Shown here in pieces: positions 12,359 to 23,667 of a stretch of 64,000 bases of DNA. Both the position numbers and the translations under genes were made by a program. The notes under the pieces were generated by a model. It saw nothing but the letters and a program-made list of their open reading frames with translations, was not told the DNA's origin and did not search any database. Source of the DNA: Sphagnum compactum (taxonomy: Eukaryota); the NCBI GenBank assembly GCA_965153455.1, contig OZ234494.1, positions 8,680,001 to 8,744,000 on the forward strand. Reading direction: 5' to 3'. Within the stretch, counting starts at the first letter, position 1. Each line of letters starts with the position of its first letter.

Positions 12359-14321
12359 ATCAAACCCTCTTGAGTTATCCTATGTCCAAGAAAGTCTACT
12401 TCCATCACCCCAAATTCGCACTTCTCAAGTTTGGCATACAACTTGTTTTCCCTTAGCCTTTGGAACACCTTGCGAAGGTGCTCCGCATGCTCCTCCATGG
12501 AGCTACTATAAATCAAAATGTCGTCTATGTAGACGACCACAAAATCATCAAGCCATTCGCGGAAAATGTCATTCATGAGAGTGCAAAATGTGGCGGGTGC
12601 ATTGGTGAGCCCAAAGGGCATCACCAAGAACTCATATGAGCCATACCTTGTGCGACAAGCGGTCTTTTCTTCGTCCCCTTCCGCGATCCTTATTTGATAA
12701 TACCCCGAACGTAGATCAATTCTACTAAAAACCTTGGCTCCCGAGAGACGATCAAATAGATCATCGATGCGAGGTAAAGGATACCAATTTTTCACCGTTG
12801 CCTTGTGGAGTGCTCTATAATCAACACACATCCTCAAAGTCCCATCTTTCTTGTGAACAAAAAGGACGGGTGCCCCATATGGTGACTTGCTTGGTTTGAT
12901 ATAACCTTTCGCGAAGAGTTCTTCAAGTTGAACCTTGAATTCTTTCAACTCTTCGTGGCTCATTCTATATGGGGCCTTGGCGGGAGGTTCCACTCCCGGT
13001 ATCACTTTAATCGCATGATCAACTCGTCTTCTCGGGGGCAAGTCTTCGGGCAATTCGTCGGGCATCACATTCGGGAACTCTTCCAAAACTTGCTTTATGC
13101 ACTTGGCGAAAGTCACCAACTTGGTGGCTTCCTTGGGCTCATATTCATCCAACACTTGCATGACACACATCATGCCAAAACCTCCCACGCATTCTCTTTC
13201 CCAAGCTTTTCCTAACATAAAGTGGATGGTTGGACCACCCACACAAGGCAACTCATGTGCCTTGACTCGCACAATCCCACTTTTAGATGGGATTCTAACT
13301 AACCTATTGTGCCCTTCTATGAGCACATTGTTTTGGGTGATGAACTCCATTCCCAAAATGCAATCCATTCCACCCAAGGTGGAAACCAACAAGTCCACCT
13401 TTCCTCTCCAATTTCCCAATTGGAGAAGCACTCCCTTTGCTTGTAAAGTAGTTGGATGGGGAACCCCATTCACAAAGTGCACCTCGATGGGTGCCAGTGG
13501 ACCTCCATCCTTTCGGCGCTTTCCCGGGTTATGAAGTTGTGGGATGCCCCTGTGTCCAAAAGACATAAAACATCCCGCTTAGCAATCTTCCCCTTCAAGA
13601 AGATAAGTCGATTGCATTCCGGTTGGGCTAAGTTGGCATTGAGAGCAAGTACCTTAGAGCTCGCACTCCCCGGTTTGGACTTGTGATAATCTTTGGAGTA
13701 ATGCCCCACCTCGTTGCAATTGAAACATGCTCCCTTGGGTTTTGCTCCAAAATCTCCCTTGGGTTGGCTCCCTTTGAAAGGCGCCCCCTTTTTCACAAAA
13801 CTCCCTTTTGGTTTGAACCCCGAGCCTAGGAATTGTTTGGGCTTATCCTTGGTTGGGCTACCTTGCCCCCGGTTCCATTCCCCCTCATGCCTTGGTTTCT
13901 TGTGAAGGAACTTGTTGTCCTTCTTGAACCCGAATTTGTCGCTCCGCCCCACATCCGAGAAGTTCTCCACTTTCGTGATGGCCTCGGATAATGAGGTGGG
14001 CCAACTCTTCTCAAGCTTTCGCTTGGCCCAAGTTGGTGTTAACAAATAGGAGATCTACTCAAGTGCAAACATAAATCTTTATTGAAAGGAAACTACAACA
14101 TAATGCTCACAACACAAAACACAACATCAAGAACTCTCCAAGGTTCTTGTCACAAGAAATACACAAACTTGTGTAATGAAGAAAAGAGAGGCAAACCATC
14201 AACACCAAGGTATTTAACTAAAAAACCAAACCATAAATAACGAAACTAAAATAAGTAACGAAAGTAATTCAACCTTGTGAAAGTAACCTAGTTACTTTCC
14301 TACTTTAGTAACTAATGAAAC

Positions 14322-17300
14322 CTAACTAGTTGAACTTGAATTCTCAACACTCCCCCTCAAGCTCAAATCCACTTCTAGTACACCAAGCATTTTTCTAAAC
14401 TTCTTTAGCTTGTCTGTACCTAAAGCCTTTGTGAAAATGTCAGCAACTTGATCTTCGGTACTGACATGAATGAGGTCAATTTCTTTTGCTAGAACTTTTT
14501 CTCTAATAAAGTGGTAGTGCACCTCAATGTGCTTTGTCCTAGCATGATAGACCAGGTTGTTAGCAAGTAGTATGCTACTAATGTTATCACAATAGACGAT
14601 AACAGGAGCATCCACTAACTGTCCCAAATCTGAGAGTAGTTTTTGTAACCAAACTACTTCACATGCAGCAATTGCTGCACTTCTGTATTCTGCTTCCGTG
14701 CTTGATAATGCAACTGTTGGTTGTTTTTTACTACTCCAACTAACAACACCACTTCCAAAAGAAAACATGAAACCACTGGTTGATATTCTCTCTGAACCAT
14801 TGCCAACCCAATCAGCATCTGTGTATCCATGTACTTGTAACTGGCTCTTGGCTTCATAAAAAATTCCACATTACAAGGTATGTTTTATGTACCTCAGTAT
14901 GCGCCTCACTGCATCCAAATGTGGCTTTCGTGGTGTTTGCATGAATTGACTCACCACTCCAACTGCATAACTCAAATCTGGCCTTGTGATGGTCATGTAA
15001 ATCAAATTCCCCATTATGTGTCTGTACATAGTGGTATCCTCCACGAGGTCTCCTTCATCTGCACTCAACTTCACATTTTGCTCCAATGGAATTGAAATGG
15101 GTTTACAACCCGTCATCCCATATTCGGACAATTTGTTCAAGGCATATTGCCTTTGTAGTAACCATATCCCTTTCGGGGAATGGATTACCTCAATGCCGAG
15201 GAAATAACGCAACTCTCCTAAATCCTTCATCTCAAACTTTTGTTTCAAAAGCTTCTTCAAATCAGAGATGTCTGCATCACTATCTCCTGTGATAATCAAG
15301 TCATCAACATAGATGACTATGACTACAATCCCATGATCTGTCTTTTTCACATATAGTGAAAAATCTGCATTGGATGTTTGAAATCCACTTGTGACAAGAT
15401 ACTGACCTATCTTGTTTGACCAAGCTCTAGGTGCTTGCTTCAAGCCATACAAAGCTTTCTTCAACCTACAAACCAAATTAGGATGTGTTTGGTCCACATA
15501 ACCTGGTGGTTGTTCCATGTACACTTCTTCCTGTAAATCTCCATGAAGAAAAACGTTCTTTACATCCATTTGATGTAAAGACCATCCTTTTGCTGCTGCC
15601 ATAGCAATGATTGCTCTTACAGTTGTCATTTTGGCAACTGGACTATAGGTCTCCTCATAGTCTATGCCATACGTTTGGGCATAACCTTTGGCAACCAATC
15701 TTGTTTTGTATCTGCTCACAGATCCATCTGCATTGTGTTTGACTTTGTACACCCATTTGCACCCAATTGCTTTCTTGTCTTTTGGTAAAGCTACCAATTC
15801 CCAAGTAGCATTCGCATCCAAAGCCGCCATCTCTTCATCCATGGCATTGTCCCACTTAGGATTTCCAACCGCTTGTTCAAAACAAGTGGGTTCAACCTCT
15901 TGTATAACTCTCACCATGTATGCGTAATGATGAGCTACAAAGCCATCATATGTGAGTCTTTGTACAGGGTACTTGACTCGTGTGGATCTTCGTACTCCAA
16001 TGTTGTTGTCAGGTGTTTTCAAAGCTTTCTTGACCATCCGAGCTCCAGGAGTAGTAATTGAGGTGATTCTTGATTCTTCACCCTCACTCTTCTCTAACTC
16101 ACTTGATTCACCATCTACATGAAAATTTCTAGATGATGTTTGTGAACTACCATGTACAATGTTTGAAGATCTTAATCTTCCTTTCCATGGAGTGCTACTG
16201 GACCCACTAATTGAAGACTCTTGTGGTCCACTAATTAATTGTGATTCTTGTTTGACATTTGATGAAACATCACCATTTCTAGCTTCTTCATCTTCTGCTA
16301 CCTTCAATGGTGAGTACCAACTAGCCATCTCATCAAACACAACATCTCTACTCACTTGCAACTTCTGAGTGGAAGGGCTGAAACATCTATATCCCTTTTG
16401 TTCTGAGGAGTATCCAATGAAGATACATTTCTCAGCTTTTGGGTCTAGTTTTGATCTCTTCTCATTAGGAACATGCACGTATGCAATGCAACCAAACACT
16501 CTGAGGTGTGAAACATCGGGTTTCTTGCCTGTGAATTTTTCTTCAGGTGTCATGCCATGAACTGCCGCTGTGGGTGTTCGATTCATGATGTAGACTACGG
16601 TTGCTACCGCTTCAGCCCAAAAGTAATTTGGCAAATTCTTCTCATTCAACATGGCATGTGCTATTTCTGCAATGTGCCTGTTTTTCCTTTCAACAACTCC
16701 ATTTTGCTGTGGGGAATAACTACATGAGTACTTCCTTTGAATTCCATGCTCCTTCAAGTACTCACTGAATTCATTTGAAAAATACTCTCCCCCTCCATCG
16801 GACCTTAGGCACTTGATGCTCACACCTTTCTCCTTCTCCACCATTGCTTTGAAATTCAAAAAATGTTGAAACACTTCACCTTTGTGTTTCATGAAGTAGA
16901 CCCACACCTTCCTTGTGTGGTCATCAATGAAACTCACGTAGTATTTGCATCCTCCAATGGATTCTGTCTTCGTGGTCCACACATCTGAGTGGATCATTTC
17001 CAAAGTTTTGGAACTTACATGAGTTGTTTGAGTTGGGAAAGGATGCCTAGTTTGCTTCCCCAATTGGCATGCTTCACAAACCTCTGACATCACCTCTTCT
17101 GCTCCAAATTTGGGAAGACCTCCAACAAGTTTTTGTTTCTCCATGAGTTTAAGACGTTGGAGATTAACATGGCCAACTCGCTTGTGCCAAATTTCAATGT
17201 CTCCAGCTCCTTTTCCATGTGTGAATAACATGGAATTCACCTCAGGCATGTTCACATCCAAGGTGAACATTCGTCCATTCCTTTCCCCTTTTGCAATCAA

Positions 17301-18617
17301 TTTGCCTTGGTTCTTCATGTCTTTCACAAAACATCCATTTGGGTTGAATGTCACCTGTAAACCTTGTTCCACCATCTGGCCTACGGAAACCAAATTTTTT
17401 GTTATGGTTGGAACATGAAGTACATCTTTTAGGTACTTTGTTTGCCCATCTTCCATGGACAATGGCACCTTGCCAATATGTGTGATGGGATGTGTAGTGT
17501 CATCACCAGTTTCCACAAACCCTGGTGTCTTCAAATCCTTTGCGTCTCTAAACCATTCTCCATGGCTAGTCATGTGGTTTGAAGCTCCAGAGTCCACATA
17601 CCAGACATTGTTGTCTGATACACCTCCTATCATTGAATTTGCCATGTGCTGCATCACAAACAGTTGTTCATCACCTTGATTGCTAGTTGATGCATAATTC
17701 CCTTGTTGTAGCTTTCCATTTCGTGCATCATGCTCCCTTTGATAACAGTTCTTTGCCATGTGCCCAGGTTTCCCGCAGTAGTAGCAATTTGAATCGCTAT
17801 TTGGTTGTTGACCTCGATGATTTCCACCACGACCTCCACGACTTCCTCGACTTCCTTTTCCTCCAAAGTTTCCTCGTCCACCTCCATGAGCTTGACCTTC
17901 ATGTTGTTGATGTCCACCATGCGAGCTTCCGGATCGACCTCGAAATGAGGTTTTACCACCTCTGCCTCTACCTCTATTGGTATTTGAGTAAAAAACACTT
18001 TCTTGTGATCCTCCATTGGATGAAGTACCAACAATTCTCATCGCTTCACTTATAAGTAATGTTATTAAGTTTTGGAAGTTGGGAAATGTTTCTCGAACTG
18101 CAATTGAGGTACGGAACTGATTATAGTCTTTTCCAAGTCCATTTAAGGTCACGGCCACAAAATCTTCATCATCTACAGGGGCTCCTATAGATGCAAGAAC
18201 ATCTGCAAGGTTTTTCACCTTTGTAGTTTAGTCATTGATGTTCATCTTGTTTTTCTGTAGATTATGCAACTCTTGCTTGAGCTGCATTTTGCGGGCTTGT
18301 GTATTGGTGCTGTACATTTTCACCAATGTATCCCAAGCTTGCTTGGGTGATTTTGCATCTTGAATATGCACAATCATGGAATCAGACACACTCACAGAAA
18401 GCCAATACAAGACTTTCCTTGCTTTTTCATGCCAAGTTTTATTGGCTTGAATTTGTTGTTGTGTGGGGTATTCTAGGAGAGGAGGTTCTTTCTCATCACC
18501 AGTTATGAATTCCCAGTAGCCTTTCCCCATCAAGAAATTCATAATCCTAAATTTCCACACTTGGAAATTGTTCTTGTCTAGTTTCTCAATTGCAATTTGA
18601 GAAAGACCGTCCGCCAT
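14322..18617 (-). pseudogene. Copia polyprotein with two in-frame TAA stops (18228-18230, 14871-14873)
   Basis: ORFs 18228-18617, 14871-18218 and 14322-14768 share one frame; CYYCGKPGHMAKNC, WYVDSGAS, LRSDGGGEY, YVDDL, YTDADW, YCDN, ADIFTKAL; the ORF runs into the 3' LTR. Confidence 0.95.
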
Positions 18618-18683
18618 CTCTCAAGGCACTACTCAATGTCTTCTTGGGGTTTCAAAATGATTTTAATTCCTTCCTTGGGTTTC

Positions 18684-18748
18684 TAGGGTTAGGGTTAGGG
18701 TTTTCCTTCCTTAGGTTTCTAGGATTAGGGTTAGGGTTAGGGTTAGGG
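18684..18748 (+). repeat. Telomere-like (TTAGGG)n tracts in the Copia leader
   Basis: TAGGG-TTAGGG-TTAGGG at 18684-18700 and (TTAGGG)4 at 18725-18748. Confidence 0.9.
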
Positions 18749-20906
18749 CTGAACAAGATAGACCTTGCATATGTATGTATGTCTTGAGTATTGTACGAAA
18801 TTCTATACTATACATAGGTTTTACGTATAGGTACGTATCTCATATAATATTTCGTATGGTATTAAGTACATGATTACATACCACACTTTTGTACGAAGGT
18901 CTTGATAATGTATTTGCGCTTCCCAATCTTCAAACTCCTTCCTTCAAGTTCTCCCAAGTTGTATTTGCTCCACTTCAAAACTTTGCTTTGGTGTCTTCTC
19001 AAAACAAACTTCTGTCACAGCAACTTTGCAAAGCTACTCCACACACATATGACCTTGGATCGATCTAAAATTTTGGTGAAACATAGAACACTATGTCTAC
19101 TACCTTCTCTCAAAATTTCAGCTCATTTAACTTCATAAATTGAGAGATCTTGCTACTTCCTTGAAGTCACCTCAAACTGGGACCTGAACACAAAATGACT
19201 TACAACTCACTCTCAGCAACTCCAAAATCCTTGAGATTTTGGAAGACACATAAAATATATGTCTTCTATATTTGCTCAAAATTTCAGCTCTATTGATGAT
19301 GACTACAAAGAGATATCACTTTCAAAAGAAACTGACTTCAAAACTGAGATTGAAACTTCAGATGCTTGGATCTCTCTCAATACAAATCCAAATGACATGA
19401 AATTTCTCTCACACATATATTCCTATATGATCTATAAGATCTCAAAGCTGCAGATCCAAAAAGGCTCAAACAAAGGAGATATGACCAAAAAACCAGATCT
19501 AGCACAGAGTTTTCAAAAGCTCATAACTCTCACAAAACATATCCTTTTCTTTTGAAAATTTGAGAATAGAAGAGTCCTATAGTCTTCTACAACCTCTCTA
19601 AGTTTCATTTCAAGATCTTTTCACAGTAGCTCTAGATCTAGCTTTAAAGATCTGACTTCCACAACTTTGATATGTTGATCTCCTCTCACCTCTTTTCTTT
19701 TCTTTTCTTTCTCTTCACATTCTTTCCTTTCCCCGTTTCTCTTTTGCACTTGACAAACTCCTATGATATTACTAGAGACTTTCAAGTTCTAGTTTTAGAG
19801 ACTTTCTAGCTCTAGATCTCTTTCAACTTTCTCACCAAACAACCTAAGCTCTGATACCATGTTAACAAATAGGAGATCTACTCAAGTGCAAACATAAATC
19901 TTTATTGAAAGGAAACTACAACATAATGCTCACAACACAAAACACAACATCAAGAACTCTCCAAGGTTCTTGTCACAAGAAATACACAAACTTGTGTAAT
20001 GAAGAAAAGAGAGGCAAACCATCAACACCAAGGTATTTAACTAAAAAACCAAACCATAAATAACGAAACTAAAATAAGTAACGAAAGTAATTCAACCTTG
20101 TGAAAGTAACCTAGTTACTTTCCTACTTTAGTAACTAATGAAACCTAACTAGTTGAACTTGAATTCTCAACAGTTGGAAGCCCCATCACAAATTGGCACA
20201 CACGGTCCAACTCATGCATGTGCCGGATCTCAAGCATGAGCTCGGAATAAGCCCTCACATATTGCCTCAAATTTACATTTGTGGCATTCACAAGGTCACG
20301 GAGTTTGCACCGCGAGATGTAGTCGGAATTCCTTGGAACAAATTCCGACTCAAGGCATTCCTTAAAGAACTCCCAAGTATACCCATGGTTCTTCCCTTCC
20401 TCTTGTCTCACCGTCCGCCACCATGTGGCGGCATAGCCTTTCAAGTAGGATTGGGTAAGCTCCACGGCGGAATGCCGTCCAACCTTGGCGGCATGTATAT
20501 AGTCATCCATCTCCGCAAGCCAAGCATCCACAATCTCCCGGTCGCGGGCACCATCGAAGTTCCCGGGCTTGGCCGGTTGAAACCTTTCACCTTTGGAGGT
20601 CCCCGTTTTGAGGGCTGCCACCAACTCACCAAAGTCGGGCCTATTCATCTTGAGGAGGACTTCAAGTTGCTCCGTGGTGAATAGAACCGAGCTTCGTTGT
20701 TCCTCCTCACTCTCGGGTTCCACTTCGGGCTCATTTTGGTCCTCCCGGGAATTTGGTTCCTTCTCACCAATTGATTCCGGCGGGGCTACTAGGTCTTCGA
20801 CATGTTCCTCGGACCTAGGTTCCGGAGCTTGCTTCCGGTTCTTCTTGGGTGCCATCCCAAACTCCCAAGAAGTAAGTCGAGCTTCACCTTGAGCTCTGAT
20901 ACCACG

Positions 20907-21725
20907 TGACGCGCTCCTAAGTCCCTTGTTGAACCCACTTGAGGGTCCAACTATATAGAGTTGCGAAAAGTTGGGACTTGGGGGCCGCTCCCGACTTCCA
21001 ACACTAAAGAGGGGTAGAGGGGCGTGCTAGAAGTCCCGGGATTAGACTAGGAAGAGGACAAGCGTTTCACCTACTCAAATCTGCATAAAAACCAACCCCA
21101 AGTTGGTTAGAACCCATTCTGCACCTTTTTGGTGTTGGGACAAGCCACGGGCTAACTCAGATTCACTTGACTCACCATGGCCCGGACTCGGGGGAAGCCA
21201 CCACCTTCCCCCATATAGTATATTCTGCGTCTCACCGCGGAAGCTACACCCGAATGACTCTTTTTCCCGGGACTCCCAAGTTGGAGTCCTGAAACTGTCC
21301 CGGGTTGGAGTCCCGAAACTTTGGGAGCTCGTATCTCCCAACTTCAACCTTCGATTGGAGTGAAATCTAAACCAAAGTTGTAGCCCTCTTTGAGAGCTTT
21401 CCAAGGCCATGTCGCACTCCTTCAGGCGACATTGGGAAAGGGTCGATTCCCGACTTTTAGTGGTTGGGAGTCAAACTACCAGTTTGACTCCCGGCCCTTC
21501 TTTTGCCCATAACTTGGGCTGCAGATGTCCAAATTGCCAATGCGAGGGCATTTTAGACATCTACACTTCAAGACATTTTCATTGATATAAAGAACACATC
21601 AAGGCGAGGTGTTTTGACCCCCTGTAATTGCTTCTGAGTTTTCGGGAGTCTCGGAGGACTCCAACTTCCCACTTTTGGGAGTGTGGGCTTCACCCTCACA
21701 CTTAGCCCAAAGTGGGGTTGCGACA
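20907..21725 (-). repeat. 5' LTR of element A
   Basis: PBS adjacent; TSD follows. Confidence 0.97.
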
Positions 21726-21950
21726 TAGTTGGTGTTGAAAATTCGAGAGTGGGGGGAAATAACAAAGAAGGTAATAAGGCCTTTGTGCAAAACAACGAGT
21801 GAAAATCTTGAATGCCACCGGCACATCTTCCAACCTAGGAAGGGCATTTATGTGTTACGCATCATCATCCAAAACATCTTGGAAAAAAGAAGATGTGAAA
21901 GAAAGGGACCCCAAAGGAACACCCAAAACCCTAATTGTGAGGTGACTTTC
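21726..21950 (-). pseudogene. Degenerate non-LTR RT, 5' part
   Basis: Minus-strand IRVLGVPLG (RT domain-7-like xLGxPxG motif), then ALPRLEDVPVAFKIFTRCF. Confidence 0.55.
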
Positions 21951-22201
21951 CGTCCCTCTACTCCCGGTTCTACAAGGTGATTATGCATGGAAGCACAAAT
22001 GCTACTAATGAAGGAAGAATACAAATGTAATTTTGGAAATTAGATTGCGTTTGTAGTTGAAATTAAGTAACCTACCTCCTATGCATTATTTATGATTAAA
22101 ACTGATAGATATATTTTTCCAAGCTCACACACTACACGTTCTAGGACTTGTGCCAAATTGTCATTCTCCAAACCAATGTTTAAGGACTTAACACCATGTC
22201 C

Positions 22202-22565
22202 AACCTTGCTGCAGACCACTAGTCACTTAAAATGTTGTTTCTCACACATAGACGGTTCAAATCTAGCTTGCCATAGCTCTCTGGAAAGCTAACAACAAGG
22301 CGCACCAACCTACCAAATCTCAAGATCTGCAGCTACAACAGTAAGGAGTTATACCACCAAACCCGAGAGGGTTTTACAAAGGTGATGATCAAACCTTGCT
22401 GCAGACCACTAGTCACTTAAAATGTTGTTTCTCACACATAGACGGTTCAAATCTAGCTTGCCATAGCTCTCTGGAAAGCTAACAACAAGGCGCACCAACC
22501 TACCAAATCTCAAGATCTGCAGCTACAACAGTAAGGAGTTATACCACCAAACCCGAGAGGGTTTT
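22202..22565. repeat. Direct duplication of 174 bp (period 190)
   Basis: 22202-22375 equals 22392-22565 by eye. Confidence 0.9.
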
Positions 22566-22784
22566 TGAGATTTCTCTAGAGTTCTAACCTTCAACACTAT
22601 CACTAGATTTTCATTCTAATTTTTCTTCCTTCTTCCCTCCACCAAGACTAAACATTATTTCCCTCTTCAAGAAGCTTGTGAAATAAGTGTTCAAGATTGC
22701 ATGAAAATTATCCTCGAGGCAAAAAGAGAGGCTCCCCATGATCCAAGTCCGCCTTTTAAAGAGAAGGAGAAGGGAGGTGAAGGT

Positions 22785-22997
22785 GGATCCAAAGCTTGGT
22801 GGCCAATGGAAGGATCCAAAGCTCGGTGGCCATTGGAAGGTTCCAAGCTTGGTGGCCATTGGAAGGATCCAAAGCTTGGTGGCCATTGGAAGGATCCAAA
22901 GCTTGGTGGCCATTGGAAGGTTCCAAGCTTGGTGACCATTAGAAGGATCCAAAGCTTGGTGGCCATTAGAATGTTCCAAGATTGGTGGCCAATGGAA
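22785..22997. repeat. Minisatellite, 8 copies of 26-27 bp
   Basis: Unit GGATCCAAAGCTTGGTGGCCATTGGAA with a GGTTCCAAG variant. Confidence 0.92.
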
Positions 22998-23244
22998 TGT
23001 GAAGGATAAACACCTTTTCACCTCTTCCATTTTCCCCCAACAACTTTACTTACACCCCCAATTTTTCCCTTCGACCTCACGATTTTACTTTACCATGGTC
23101 CTAAACCGTTACTCCCGCCTTTCTTTCCTCTTCTTCGAACTATAAATTACGATTGCGCACCTCAACGTGACAAGTCTTTCCCACCTCCATTGTCAAATTG
23201 ATTTCGATTGAAGATCTAACCTTTTTCTTCCTTTGCTTGAAATT

Positions 23245-23667
23245 ATGGCGTCGCGCATGGTTTCATCTTACGGGCCGCAAGCCGCACAAGCGAACGAAGA
23301 ACCACCTCCGGAGTCGTCCCTAGATCTTACCCTAACCCAGCATCCTCGCGATGAAGAACCCGAACTTCGAGAAATGCGTGCTCGTCTTGAAGTCGAACCT
23401 CCTCGAGCCTGGTACTATCGCATTTCTCCGAACTCTCGCACCCTGGTGATCTTGCTGCAAGTTGACCCCGCTTCTGGTGACGAACCCGAGACTGTTTGTG
23501 AAGGTTGTTACGAAACTGAAGATACTTCTATCTTCGCATGGTCTTCAGTTCCCGGTGTTGGTCACTATTGTTGGTTGCGCGGTCCGATTCATCGACTGCC
23601 TCCCAATAGCAAGGCGGACTACCTAGTTCGCACCATTCGGCGCATCTTAGATTTCCTGCAGTTGTGA
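23245..23667 (+). CDS. Small intronless orphan protein (140 aa), homologous to 62874-63317
   Basis: ATG at 23245; TATAAA near 23141; AATAAA near 23738; C-terminal 82 aa align without gaps to the second copy. Confidence 0.75.
   Translation: MASRMVSSYGPQAAQANEEPPPESSLDLTLTQHPRDEEPELREMRARLEVEPPRAWYYRISPNSRTLVILLQVDPASGDEPETVCEGCYETEDTSIFAWSSVPGVGHYCWLRGPIHRLPPNSKADYLVRTIRRILDFLQL

Larger units (their letters stand above)
14037..20172 (-). mobile_element. Full-length Ty1/Copia retrotransposon (element D) inserted in gag of A
   Basis: 313-bp LTRs 14037-14349 and 19860-20172, identical by eye; TSD GTTGG at 14032-14036 and 20173-20177; iMet PBS 19848-19859; PPT 14350-14358; domain order gag-PR-INT-RT-RH. 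Confidence 0.97.
1990..20855 (-). pseudogene. Interrupted gag-pol of element A (gag, CCHC, protease LLDTGA, RT YIDD, RNase H, integrase, partial chromodomain)
   Basis: ORF fragments 20145-20855, 13470-14045, 12310-13566, 4375-4959, 2533-3513, 2400-2672 and 1984-2478 are colinear with the intact 1496-aa ORF of element C; frameshifts and deletions present. Confidence 0.95.
644..21725 (-). mobile_element. Outer Ty3/Gypsy chromovirus (element A), degenerate, hosting three nested insertions
   Basis: 819-bp LTRs 644-1462 and 20907-21725 (TG..CA); TSD TAGTT at 639-643 and 21726-21730; tRNA-iMet PBS (TGGTATCAGAGC) 20893-20904; PPT 1463-1474; gag-pol pieces at 20173-20855, 12364-14036, 4447-4959 and ~1990-3499. 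Confidence 0.97.

Noticed and set aside
19259-19555. 98-aa + strand ORF in the Copia leader (possible antisense accessory gene)
   Set aside because: No recognisable motif and no second copy to test conservation.
22785-22997. CRISPR-like appearance of the 27-bp repeats
   Set aside because: No unique spacers, no cas genes, eukaryotic context.
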